The translations under genes and the position numbers were made by a program. Positions 39,245-48,250 of a DNA stretch of 52,123 bases are shown one piece after another. Every line of letters begins with the position of its first letter. Position 1 is the first letter of the stretch. The notes below the pieces were generated by a model. It was not told where the DNA came from. It saw only the letters and a program-made list of their open reading frames with translations, and searched no databases. This DNA comes from Nocardioides sp. (GTDB taxonomy: Bacteria; Actinomycetota; Actinomycetes; Propionibacteriales; Nocardioidaceae), in contig NZ_DASSXS010000211.1 in the NCBI RefSeq assembly GCF_035703625.1, positions 1 through 52,123 on the forward strand, read 5' to 3'.

Positions 39245-40039
39245 TCAGCCGCCCAACCGCCCCATGATGTCCAGAACGCGATCCTTGGTCGGGTCGGCAA
39301 GCTCCCGGACGATCCTCCCGTCGACGAGGAAGACCACCCGGTCGGCGTACGCCGCCGCGCCCGGGTCATGGGTGACCATCAGCACGGTCTGGCCGAGGTC
39401 GTCGACCACCGAGCGCAGGAACGTCAGCAGCTCAGCGCTGGCCTTCGAGTCGAGCGCACCGGTCGGCTCGTCGGCGAAGACGACCTCGGGCTTCGAGATC
39501 AGGGCTCGCCCGACGGCCACACGCTGCTGCTGTCCGCCCGAGAGCTCGGCGGGCCGGTGCCTCAGCCGGTCTCCGAGATTGAGCTTGGCAACCACGGTGT
39601 CGAACCAGGCGGGATCGACCGCTCGTCCGGCGAGGTCGGCCGGCAGCGTGATGTTCTCCTCGGCAGTGAGCGTCGGCAGCAGGTTGAAGGACTGGAAGAC
39701 GAAACCGAGCCGGTCGCGGCGCAGGATCGTCCGGTCCCGGTCTGAGAGCGAGGCAAGGTCGGTGGTGCCGACGAACACCCGGCCACTGGTGAGGGTGTCG
39801 AGACCGGCCAGGCAGTGCATGAGGGTCGACTTGCCGGAACCCGAGGGCCCCATGATGGCCGTGAAGCGCCCGGCGGGCAGATCGAGGTCCAGGTTGTCGA
39901 GAGCAGTCACCGCCGTGTCACCCGCGCCGTAGGTCCTGGAGGCATGCGTGGCGCGTGCGGCCAACGCGGACGAGCGAGGAGCGGGCCCGTTCTCCGGGAC
40001 GGCGGGCGGCGCGTTCGACCCGGTTCGCAGCGGTGCCAT
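39245..40039 (-). CDS. ABC transporter ATP-binding protein (LolD/MacB type)
   Basis: GPSGSGKST, LSGGQQQRV, ADEPTGALD, VTHD; ATG 40039. Confidence 0.95.
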   Translation of the reverse strand: MAPLRTGSNAPPAVPENGPAPRSSALAARATHASRTYGAGDTAVTALDNLDLDLPAGRFTAIMGPSGSGKSTLMHCLAGLDTLTSGRVFVGTTDLASLSDRDRTILRRDRLGFVFQSFNLLPTLTAEENITLPADLAGRAVDPAWFDTVVAKLNLGDRLRHRPAELSGGQQQRVAVGRALISKPEVVFADEPTGALDSKASAELLTFLRSVVDDLGQTVLMVTHDPGAAAYADRVVFLVDGRIVRELADPTKDRVLDIMGRLGG

Positions 40040-40096
40040 GCCTCCAGCATGGGGTGACCGCAGCCAGAAGTTCAGGGGCGTGGTGCCCGGCACCAC

Positions 40097-40110
40097 AGGA
40101 CCTACGGCTC
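40097..40110. promoter_or_regulatory. DosR-like box upstream of the ABC ATPase
   Basis: AGGACCTACGGCTC, 11/14 match to GGGACCAACGGCCC. Confidence 0.4.
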
Positions 40111-40415
40111 ATTCGTGCGGCTACCGGGTTCCCGGGCGTGGTCCGCGCGGCCGGTGAGCCCGACTCGGCGGTCGGGTCACCCGCCACCACTCCCGCTCGC
40201 TGCCCGATGCGGGCTGGCGAGGACTGTCCGGGTGGTCGTCGGCGAAGTGGACTGGCGTGTCGCTCCGGGGGATGTCGGTGCCATCCAGCGTGGAGATCAC
40301 CCACTTCGTCGACGAGTGCCACTCGTCCCCTGCCGACGGGCCTCTCGGCACATGGTTCGCGGACGGCGCGGGGTGAGACTTGAGGCACCATCTCCGCGCG
40401 ATCGGCGAACCCACC

Positions 40416-41081
40416 ATGACGTCGGACCTGACCGCCTCGCCGGCCCCCGAGCTGTGCCTGTTCTGGCTTCCTCTGGGCGCCGATGGAAATCCGGCAGTCC
40501 GGTGGTGCGGCCGCGCGTACGAAGCACTCGTGGCTCGGCGAGACCATCGCGAACGCCTGAGGCTCTTCCACTCCGCGCTGCGGGTGCGGCTGCGTGGAGC
40601 GGCCTGGGTGGTGGAGATGGCGCCCGCGTGGAGCCCAGGTGAGTCCGATCGCGGCGTCGTCCGTGAGGGCCCGGTCGGGTTCGCCTGGCTCGGTCGGTCT
40701 CGACTCTTCCGCTACGAGATCCGTCGCTGGCCCAACGGCCTCATCCCTGACGTGGACCAGGCCGTCGAAAGTCCGGTTGATCTCCGGGCCACTGAGTCGC
40801 AAGCGCGTGCGCTGTTGGAACTCGTCCCCGAGTGCCCGACCCCGGTGTGGGGCCGGGACGGTCTCGGCGCCGGTGACATGTGGAACTCGAACTCCGTGGT
40901 TGCGTGGCTGCTGACGCGGGTCGGACTGGCCGGCGACGCCCTCGTGCCCCCCTGCCACGGCCGAGCGCCGGGGTGGCGGGCAGGCGTCGAGGTCGCCCTC
41001 CGCCAGGTTGACGGGCACGTGACCGGGATCCCCACCCGGGCCGGTATCGACGCGACGGTGGCGCATCGTGAGCGAGCTTGA
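40416..41081 (+). CDS. Hypothetical protein (possible permuted papain-like fold)
   Basis: ATG 40416; WLPLGA.G, LFHSAL, VEMAP, FRYEIRRW, WNSNS..AWLL, APGW.AG motifs; overlaps the next gene by 14 nt. Confidence 0.75.
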   Translation: MTSDLTASPAPELCLFWLPLGADGNPAVRWCGRAYEALVARRDHRERLRLFHSALRVRLRGAAWVVEMAPAWSPGESDRGVVREGPVGFAWLGRSRLFRYEIRRWPNGLIPDVDQAVESPVDLRATESQARALLELVPECPTPVWGRDGLGAGDMWNSNSVVAWLLTRVGLAGDALVPPCHGRAPGWRAGVEVALRQVDGHVTGIPTRAGIDATVAHRERA

Positions 41082-42285
41082 GCTGTGGCAGTCGATGGGC
41101 GTCGCCCTGGCGATCGGCCTCCTCATCGGCGCGGAGCGCGAGCGGGCCAAGCCGGGCGGTGGTAGCCCAGGGGTCAGGACGTTTGCCCTCATCGCCGTAC
41201 TGGGGGCGTTGGCCGCCCAGCTCCCCGCGGTCGTCGCGGTTGCGCTGGCCGGAGGCGCCGTGCTGCTCGTCGTGGTCGGCTACTCGTGGTCCAGGGACCC
41301 CGGGATGACCAGCGAGGCGGCCGCGATCGCAACCCTCGGTCTCGGGGCTCTCACCGTGACGGAACCGGCTCTCGCGGTCGGACTGGCGGTGGCGATCACC
41401 GTGCTGCTCGTTTCCCGGGAGTCTCTTCATCGGTTCGTCCGGGAGACGGTGACCGACCGCGAGCGGGTCGACGCGCTGAAGTTCTTCGTGGCGGCGTTCG
41501 TCGTGCTGCCACTGCTTCCGACGGGGCATGTCGGACCGTACGGCGTGTGGGTACCGCAGCGGATCTGGCTCCTGGTCGTGCTGATCATCGGCATCGGCTG
41601 GGTCGGGTACGTGGCGACGCGGATGCTGGGGACCCGTCGGGGGCTCATGGTCGCCGGCATGGCCGGCGGGTTCGTGTCGGGCACGGCCACCACGGGGGTG
41701 ATGGCGGCCAAGTTCCGGCGCTCGGAGGCGCCTCTGCGGGGAGCTCTGGCGGGCGCCGTCCTGGCGAGCGTCGGGACGCTGCTGCAGCTGGCACTGGTCA
41801 TCTCGTTCGTCGAGCCGCGCGTCACGGTCCGACTGCTGCCGGCGGTGGTCCTCGGCTCCCTGGTGATGGTCGTGGAGGCGTGGTGGCTGGGCCGCACACC
41901 CTCGATGTCGGACGAGCCGATCGAACCAGCGGGGCGACCCTTCGCCCTCGTTCCTGCCCTGGTCCTGGCCGGAATCATCTCCCTGGTGCTGCCGCTGGCG
42001 ATCTGGCTCGAGCAGCGCTACGGCGCCGTGGGTTCGATGGCGGCGACCGCGGCCGGGGCACTGGCCGACGTGCACGGCGCGAGCGTGGCGATGGCGAGCC
42101 TCGTGTCAGCCGGAACGGTCTCCGTCGGGACCGCCATCGTGGCCATCGGCGCCGGCCTCCTCACCAACACCTTCTCGAAGGTCGTCGTGGCTGCCGCCGC
42201 GGGCGGTCTGCGCTTCGCCGGAGCTCTGACGCTCTGCTTCCTCCCGGCGGTTGTCGTGGTCGGTGGATGCCTGGCGGTCGCCTGA
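41068..42285 (+). CDS. MgtC/SapB-family DUF4010 membrane protein
   Basis: ALAIGLLIGAERE, GVRTFAL, VLPLLP...GPYG, GGFVSGTATT. Confidence 0.9.
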   Translation: MSELELWQSMGVALAIGLLIGAERERAKPGGGSPGVRTFALIAVLGALAAQLPAVVAVALAGGAVLLVVVGYSWSRDPGMTSEAAAIATLGLGALTVTEPALAVGLAVAITVLLVSRESLHRFVRETVTDRERVDALKFFVAAFVVLPLLPTGHVGPYGVWVPQRIWLLVVLIIGIGWVGYVATRMLGTRRGLMVAGMAGGFVSGTATTGVMAAKFRRSEAPLRGALAGAVLASVGTLLQLALVISFVEPRVTVRLLPAVVLGSLVMVVEAWWLGRTPSMSDEPIEPAGRPFALVPALVLAGIISLVLPLAIWLEQRYGAVGSMAATAAGALADVHGASVAMASLVSAGTVSVGTAIVAIGAGLLTNTFSKVVVAAAAGGLRFAGALTLCFLPAVVVVGGCLAVA

Positions 42286-42290
42286 GCGGT

Positions 42291-43673
42291 TCAGTCCAGC
42301 AGGACGCGCTCGCCGTAGACAGGGACGATGGCGCACCACCCGAGCTCGGAACGGATGCGGTCCGCGAGCTGGGCGGCAGCGGGTTGTTCGCCGTGCACGA
42401 CGTAGACGGTGCCCGGTGCGCCCGGTGCGCGCCTGAGCCAGCCGATGGTCTCGTCGGCGTCGGAGTGGACCGAGAAGTCGGGCACGGACACGACCTCGGC
42501 CCGCACCGGGACGTAGCGACCATGGATCTTCACCTCGCGCGCACCGTCCAGAAGGCGTCGTCCACGGGTTCCCTCGGCCTGGAATCCGGTGAGGACGACG
42601 GTGTTGCGGCGGTCGGGGAGCTGGTGCGCCAGATGATGGACCACGCGTCCACCGGCCGCCATGCCCGATGCGGAGATGATGATGCTGGGGGACGCCGGCC
42701 GGTTGAGGCGCCTGGAGTCGTCGGCGGTCCGGGTGGCGTGGAGGTCTCCGGCCTCGAAGATGTCACGACCGCGGTTGAGCTCGGGCCGGAGCTGCTCGCT
42801 GCGTGAGTCGAGTGCCCGCTGGTACACGTCGAGCGCGGCGAGGGCCATGGGGCTGTCCACGAACACGGGGACGTGAGGGACCTCGCCGGACCGCATCAGT
42901 CGTCGAAGCTCGATCAGCACCAGCTCGGTGCGGTCCACGGCAAACGCCGGGATGAGCACGCTGCCCCCGCGCTCGATCGTGCGGCGTACGGCGTCGGCCA
43001 GGACTGACGGGTCGGGTGTCGGGTGGAGACGGTCTCCGTAGGTGGACTCGACCACGATGGTGTCGACCCGGGGAGGGTCCGCAGGTGGACGCAGAAGTGG
43101 ATGGTGCCGTCGGCCGAGGTCGCCGCTGAAGAGCACCCGATGCCCGTCGACCTCGAGCGTCGCGGTTGCCGAGCCGAGAATGTGTCCGGCCGGCCTGAGT
43201 GTCACCGTGCTGGTCCGGCCGACTGGATGCGGCGTGTGGAGGGTGACTGTGCGGATCAGCGGGAGCGTCCGTTCGACATCACCATGGTCATACAGGGGCA
43301 GAGCGGGGTGGTGCTTGGAGAAGCCCAGCCGGTTGGCATAGGCGGCGTCCTCCTCCTGGAGGTGAGCGCTGTCGCGGAGCACGATGGCCGCGAGCTCGGC
43401 TGTCTCTGCGGTACACGTCACCACGTGGTGGAACCCGTCGTGGACCAGCCTCGGCAGGTAGCCCGTGTGGTCCAGATGCGCGTGGGTGAGGACGATCTCG
43501 TCGATCGAGGCGGGGTCGACGGGGAACGGGGCCCAGTTTCGCCTGCGCAGCGCAGGCAGGCCCTGGTAGAGGCCGGCGTCGACGAGGACCCGAGCGCGGT
43601 CGCCCTCCACCAGGAACCGGCTGCCGGTGACGGTGCCCGCGGCGCCCAGGAAGGTCAGAGTGGGGTCGGTCAT
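42291..43673 (-). CDS. Metallo-beta-lactamase / beta-CASP hydrolase (RNA-metabolism family)
   Basis: FLGAAGTVTGS, THAHLDH, AGHILGS, FSGDLG, ESTYG, ASGM, FSVHSD. Confidence 0.93.
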   Translation of the reverse strand: MTDPTLTFLGAAGTVTGSRFLVEGDRARVLVDAGLYQGLPALRRRNWAPFPVDPASIDEIVLTHAHLDHTGYLPRLVHDGFHHVVTCTAETAELAAIVLRDSAHLQEEDAAYANRLGFSKHHPALPLYDHGDVERTLPLIRTVTLHTPHPVGRTSTVTLRPAGHILGSATATLEVDGHRVLFSGDLGRRHHPLLRPPADPPRVDTIVVESTYGDRLHPTPDPSVLADAVRRTIERGGSVLIPAFAVDRTELVLIELRRLMRSGEVPHVPVFVDSPMALAALDVYQRALDSRSEQLRPELNRGRDIFEAGDLHATRTADDSRRLNRPASPSIIISASGMAAGGRVVHHLAHQLPDRRNTVVLTGFQAEGTRGRRLLDGAREVKIHGRYVPVRAEVVSVPDFSVHSDADETIGWLRRAPGAPGTVYVVHGEQPAAAQLADRIRSELGWCAIVPVYGERVLLD

Positions 43674-43725
43674 CGGATCACCTTGGGACGCTCGAGTGGG
43701 TCCTCCCAGGAGAGGAGCCGGCGCG

Positions 43726-44655
43726 TCACACCGGCTGTGCGGCGGAGTCCTGGTGGGAGTGCCGCCTCCAGCCCCGCACGGGCCGAGGGTCCACCAGCAT
43801 CACCGGGCACTCGGCCTCGCGCAGAACTGCTCGGGCGATCGGCCCCAGATGGGATCCGATCGGCACGAGCGAGTCATGCCGGCCGATCACCAGCAGGTCC
43901 GTTTCCCGGCTGGCCCCGATGAGCGCGTCGGCCGGGTAGGCGTGACGGGCCGCGATCTGCACCGGCACCCCTGCGAGGCGATCGCCGAGCGTGCCGAGCA
44001 CGGCCTCGATCTCGGCGGTGGCGCGGGCAACCCACTCCTGGTTCTCGGTACGCGTGAGGATGATGTCGTCGTAGGCACTGGGGAAGGTCCAGGTGTGGAG
44101 GACGTGCAGGACGGCGCCACGGCTCTTCGCCGCATCGGCCGCGGCACCCAGGACCGGCGCTGCCCGCTCCGGGACGTCGACGCCCACGGTGACGGCCGGG
44201 AAGTCACCGTGCGTGCGGGCGCGTGACCAGTGGGTCGGGACGGAGACGACGGGCACGCGGGCATGGGCGGCCACGCTGCTGGAGACCGAGCGGGTGACGA
44301 CGCGCATCATGCTCGAGAGGTCCCGGCGCTCGAGGACGATCATCCGCGCGTCCCTGGCCAGGTCGACCAGCGTGGGAACGACGGCTCCTACGCGCAGCTC
44401 GGCGGTCACCGGCACACCCTCGACGAGGTCGTGCGCACGCTCCATGGCCGCGTTCAGAGCGGCCCGGCCGACGCGTTCGAGGTCGGTCTCTGCCACCAGG
44501 GGCATCTCCGGGCCGGTGGCGAGGAGGTGAACGGCGTGGACCAGGTGCAGGCCGCACCCGTCACGCACGGCCTCACCAGCAGCAAACGCCAGGGCCGCCT
44601 CGATCGGACCGTGCCCGACGGCGACGACAACGGGGTGCGGGTTCTGCTCAGTCAT
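43726..44655 (-). CDS. Universal stress protein (tandem USP domains)
   Basis: Two USP repeats: ALAFAA.EA...LHLVHA...VA.HA..PVV.VP and VGVD...DLLVIGR...LG..ARAVL..A.CPV. Confidence 0.93.
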   Translation of the reverse strand: MTEQNPHPVVVAVGHGPIEAALAFAAGEAVRDGCGLHLVHAVHLLATGPEMPLVAETDLERVGRAALNAAMERAHDLVEGVPVTAELRVGAVVPTLVDLARDARMIVLERRDLSSMMRVVTRSVSSSVAAHARVPVVSVPTHWSRARTHGDFPAVTVGVDVPERAAPVLGAAADAAKSRGAVLHVLHTWTFPSAYDDIILTRTENQEWVARATAEIEAVLGTLGDRLAGVPVQIAARHAYPADALIGASRETDLLVIGRHDSLVPIGSHLGPIARAVLREAECPVMLVDPRPVRGWRRHSHQDSAAQPV

Positions 44656-44718
44656 GACGGCCTCCCGGATCGGTGGGTGCTTCCAGTTCCACCGTCCTCG
44701 GCACCCCGTCTCCGGGCC

Positions 44719-44760
44719 TAGGGACCAACGGCCCCTGATGCCGGTCGGATGCCCTTGATC
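44719..44760. promoter_or_regulatory. DosR/OsdR-like box upstream of usp
   Basis: TAGGGACCAACGGCCCCTG about 65 nt upstream of the usp ATG; identical to 7703-7721. Confidence 0.72.
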
Positions 44761-44790
44761 CGCAGCCGCGCATCCGCGCAGGCGCCAGCC

Positions 44791-45336
44791 TCATCGGGGC
44801 TCCGCGGTCAGGACGACGTTCGAGGCATACTCCCCGGTGGCGGCGTCGTAGTCCTCGCAGGTGACGACGACCAGCCGGTGTTTCCCATGCTGGGAGAACA
44901 GGTTCGCGGCGCGGGCGGCCAGCGCGGGCTTGCTGACCACCCGCACGGAGGTCACCTCGTAGGCGAACCCCGAGACGCGGGCCGTCGCGCCGACTGGCAC
45001 GGATTCGAGGTCGTCCAGCTCCCCGCCGCCGGTGTGGACGGTGTGCCCGACCAGCAGCGTGACGCCATGGCGCGCACCAACAGGTCGCCCCCACCAGCCG
45101 AGGACCCTCGGGTCGGGCGGGGGAAGCAGCTCGGTGCCGGTCAGGGTCAGCGGCACCACGGGCGCGTCGATCCCCGCCATCCGCAGGTGCAGGGGGGTGG
45201 CGGGGACCGGGGAGAGGATGGTGGCTTCGACCCATCTGTGCGCGGGGGTGGCCGAGGGCAGCAGCGGCTCCGTCTCAGCCGCTCCGCAGGCGATCAGTGT
45301 GACCGTTGCGAAGAGGCTGATCAGGAGCCGCTTCAC
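44791..45336 (-). CDS. Class F sortase, possibly a lipoprotein
   Basis: P..L....IDAPV, LGWW, LVGHT, LVVVTC, Y.SNVV..A; N-terminal KR, hydrophobic stretch and LIAC lipobox. Confidence 0.88.
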   Translation of the reverse strand: MKRLLISLFATVTLIACGAAETEPLLPSATPAHRWVEATILSPVPATPLHLRMAGIDAPVVPLTLTGTELLPPPDPRVLGWWGRPVGARHGVTLLVGHTVHTGGGELDDLESVPVGATARVSGFAYEVTSVRVVSKPALAARAANLFSQHGKHRLVVVTCEDYDAATGEYASNVVLTAEPR

Positions 45337-45337
45337 C

Positions 45338-46213
45338 TCACAACCCCGCATCGATCGAGACGGGGACCGCCGGAGCGGCCGGAGTGCTCGCCTTGGGCGG
45401 CGTGCTCACCGAGGGCGGCACGTCGGCGGCCGGGTTGACCCCAGGCGGGGTTTCCCCGGGCGGGGTTTCCCCAGGCGGGGTTTCCCCAGGCGGGGTTTCC
45501 CCAGGCGGGGTGCCCGGCGTGTTGACCCGCGTGTAGACCGACCACCGGTACTCGGTGACGGTGCCGTAGGTCGTCAGCTCGTAGCGGAACTCCTCGTGGG
45601 TCACCGCGTCGTGGTGCTCGACGACCTCCTCGACCGGGTGCACGTAGTAGAACCACGAAGCGTTCGACGGCGAGTTGCCGGTCACGTGCAGGCTCTCGTT
45701 GAGCCACGTCGCCGACACCAGGTGACCTGGCGGCTCTTGCTCAGTGTTGGCCTGCCAGTCCGCGTGCGGAGGAACCACCGTCGGCGGGTCGTCCACCCCA
45801 CGGTTGCCACCGTTCCACGAGTAGTGCTGGCCTGGCTGAGCCTCGACGATCACCTCATCGTGGGCCTCGACGTCGGTCACGGTGCGCTGGTCGATCTGGA
45901 CCCAACCCTCACCGGGGGACTCGAGAACCCAGTCGGTGGTCTCGGTGGTACCGGCACCCTCGACCTCCTGCTCGAAGCGCTCCCCGATCTGAGTGACGTT
46001 GAGCAGGTTGTCCTCCCCGGCCTGTCCGTCAGGATCGGCGGGCGGGTTCGGGTCGGTCTGCCAGTCGGTGAACGAGGACCACGTCCACGCACCGATCACC
46101 GGATCCGTTCCGGGGTCAGGTCCTGCGTTTGTGGCGCTGGCGGTCGCACCGGTGGCCGTGAACACGGACGTCAGTGCGAGGGCTGCCAGGGTCGCCATCG
46201 TCTTCGTCATCAT
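45338..46213 (-). CDS. Secreted acidic protein with Pro-rich repeats, probable sortase F substrate
   Basis: GAGGAGG RBS, signal peptide, (PPGET)n linker, ends VPVSIDAGL; sortase gene starts 1 nt after its stop. Confidence 0.8.
   Translation of the reverse strand: MMTKTMATLAALALTSVFTATGATASATNAGPDPGTDPVIGAWTWSSFTDWQTDPNPPADPDGQAGEDNLLNVTQIGERFEQEVEGAGTTETTDWVLESPGEGWVQIDQRTVTDVEAHDEVIVEAQPGQHYSWNGGNRGVDDPPTVVPPHADWQANTEQEPPGHLVSATWLNESLHVTGNSPSNASWFYYVHPVEEVVEHHDAVTHEEFRYELTTYGTVTEYRWSVYTRVNTPGTPPGETPPGETPPGETPPGETPPGVNPAADVPPSVSTPPKASTPAAPAVPVSIDAGL
45439..45511. repeat. 15-bp tandem repeat, about 4.9 copies (CCCCAGGCGGGGTTT), encoding PPGET
   Basis: Directly visible; one unit has an A-to-G change. 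Confidence 0.95.
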
Positions 46214-46314
46214 GGTGTCCCCTCCTCAGGGGTTGTGCCCGTCGGTTGGCGGGTCGTCAGTGGGGTGCGCTTCGCCTGCGGGCGTCGGTCACCGGGCAGC
46301 GCGTAGCCGGCGCC

Positions 46315-46514
46315 GAGCTCTCCGGTCGCGGGTCGCAGGGCGTTGGGGAGGGAGCGGCACCGGCTGCTGACGCACAGGTCGCGGCTGCGGTCGCCGAACG
46401 GCGCCAACAGGCATCCCTGCTGGAAGTCCGAAGTGCTCTTCGAGGCGTCGCCCAAGGCCTGGTGGTAGCCGTGGTTCCGGCTGGGCCTGCCCCGAGCACG
46501 AGCGGCTTCTTCAT
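46315..46514 (-). pseudogene. Frameshifted 5' fragment of an sqr-like gene, paralogous to 12497-13741
   Basis: MKKPLVLGAGPAGT versus MKTLLVLGAGTAGT (11/14); then in another frame DFQQGCLLAPFGDRSRDLCVSSRCRSLPNALRPATGEL versus HYQPGYLFIPFGGYLRADVVRTRHDCLVAGVELVVGEV (12/38, ungapped); AAGGA RBS. Confidence 0.82.
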
Positions 46515-46588
46515 CGGGGATCGCTTCCTTGTCCCCCCAGTCCACCCGTTATTGAGGGCGATGGGATCTGGCGTACGTCCCGTGTTGA

Positions 46589-46700
46589 GCGCCGTTGGGC
46601 CTCTCATCCCGGTCGCCGACCCGCACGGAGTGCCGGTCGTTGGGGGGCAGACCGCTGGCGAGGGTGTCGAAGGACCCGAAGCCGCGGAGACCTTCGGCTC
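46589..46700. promoter_or_regulatory. DosR-like boxes in the divergent sqr-relic / arcD promoter
   Basis: GCGCCGTTGGGCCT (46589; reverse AGGCCCAACGGCGC) and GAGACCTTCGGCTC (46687). Confidence 0.5.
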
Positions 46701-46780
46701 TGCCCACCCCGTGCCGGGGAGAGAAGCATGGAGGGTGCAGCAGGACTGGCCCTGCCGTCTGCAGACGAAGGAGGCCGCAG

Positions 46781-48250
46781 ATGAGTACCCAAGTAGCCAG
46801 GCCGAGTTCCGGTACCCCGGAGTCGACCGGGCGTCGTACCGTGAGCGGGCTGGCACTGCCGGCCCTCACCGCCCTGGTGGTGGGGTCCATGATCGGGAGC
46901 GGCATCTTCGCCCTCCCGTCCCAGATGGCCGGGAGCGCGGCCCCGGGTCCGCTCCTGATCGGCTGGATGATCACGGGGGTCGGCATGCTGATGCTCGCCT
47001 TCGTCTTCCAGGGGCTCGCGGAGCGCAAGCCCGATGTCGACGGCGGCGTCTACGGGTATGCGCGGGCAGGCTTCGGTGAGTACGTCGGCTTCACGTCTGC
47101 ATGGGGTTACTGGGTCAGCGCCTGGGTGGGCAACGTGGCCTACCTCGTGCTGCTGATGTCCACCCTCGGCTTCTGGTTCGACGGGTTCGAGGGTGGAACC
47201 ACCACCGTCGCCATCGTCGGCGCCTCGGCCCTGCTGTGGCTCGTCCACTTCCTGACCATCAGCGGCGTCAAGAACGCCGCGGCGGTCAACGTCGTCGTCA
47301 CGGTGGCCAAGGTCGTCCCGATCCTCACCTTCGTCGCGATTGCCGCTGTCGGGTTCAGCTCCGGCATCTTCACCGCCGACTTCTGGGGCCACGACGCCGG
47401 GCTCGGCACCACGATGGACCAGGTCAAGAACATGATGCTGGTCACCGTCTGGGTGTTCATCGGCATCGAGGGCGCGAGCGTCTACTCCAGGCGGGCGCGG
47501 CAGCGCAAGGACGTCGGCCGCGCCACCGTGCTCGGCTTCGTCGGCGTGCTCGGCCTGCTGCTCGCCGTCAACCTGCTCTCCTACGGCCTGATGGCGCAGT
47601 CCGACATCGCCGGTCTCTCCGACCCGTCCATGGCCGGGCTGCTCGAGAACGAGGTCGGGTCCTGGGGTGCCGGCTTCATCTCCGCCGGGCTCGTGGTCTC
47701 GCTGCTCGGTGCCCTGATCGCCTGGGTGCTGCTGGCCGTCGAGATCCTGCGTCTGCCCGCGGGCGAGAACGTCCTGCCCAGGACGTTCGCCAAGGAGAAC
47801 CGGCACGGAGCACCCGTGAACGCGCTCTGGCTGACCAACCTCTGCGTGCAGGCCATGCTGCTCTGGACGCTGGTCAACGAGAACACCTACACCGACCTGG
47901 TCTACCTGGCCACGTCGCTGATCCTGCTGCCGTACCTGTGGTCCGCAGCGTTCCAGGTGAAGCTGGCCGTGACAGGCGAGACCTACGCCGACGGGCACGG
48001 TCGCACCCGCGACCTGCTGGTGGGCGGCGTGGCCCTCGGCTACGCGGTCTGGCTGGTGTACGCCGGTGGGTGGCAGTACCTGTTGATCGCGGCCCTGTTC
48101 TACCTCGTCGGCACCGCACTCTTCGTGTGGGCCCGGGTCCAGAGCCACCAGCCGGTGTTCACCACCGTGGAGCGGATCCTGGTCGCTGTCGTGGCCGCCA
48201 CGTCGGTCGTGGCCGTCATCGGCCTCGTCCAGGGGTTCGTTTCGGTATGA
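46781..48250 (+). CDS. arcD: Arginine/ornithine antiporter (APA family)
   Basis: AAGGAGG RBS; [42 protein letters not shown]. Confidence 0.93.
   Translation: MSTQVARPSSGTPESTGRRTVSGLALPALTALVVGSMIGSGIFALPSQMAGSAAPGPLLIGWMITGVGMLMLAFVFQGLAERKPDVDGGVYGYARAGFGEYVGFTSAWGYWVSAWVGNVAYLVLLMSTLGFWFDGFEGGTTTVAIVGASALLWLVHFLTISGVKNAAAVNVVVTVAKVVPILTFVAIAAVGFSSGIFTADFWGHDAGLGTTMDQVKNMMLVTVWVFIGIEGASVYSRRARQRKDVGRATVLGFVGVLGLLLAVNLLSYGLMAQSDIAGLSDPSMAGLLENEVGSWGAGFISAGLVVSLLGALIAWVLLAVEILRLPAGENVLPRTFAKENRHGAPVNALWLTNLCVQAMLLWTLVNENTYTDLVYLATSLILLPYLWSAAFQVKLAVTGETYADGHGRTRDLLVGGVALGYAVWLVYAGGWQYLLIAALFYLVGTALFVWARVQSHQPVFTTVERILVAVVAATSVVAVIGLVQGFVSV

Noticed and set aside
40220-40270. GWSSAKWTGVSL, resembling a molybdopterin oxidoreductase motif
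   Set aside because: Too short to support as a relic without blastx.
45439-45511. Repeat array as a possible CRISPR
   Set aside because: Contiguous 15-bp units with no spacers, in frame within a CDS, and no cas genes.
46214-46560. Possible riboswitch leader for the secreted protein
   Set aside because: No recognisable aptamer consensus; the sequence is better explained as an sqr relic. An Rfam scan would settle it.
47101-48246. 802-aa ORF suggesting an extended arginine deiminase
   Set aside because: The upstream part is an Arg-rich off-frame reading of arcD; arcA starts at the ATGA overlap at 48247.
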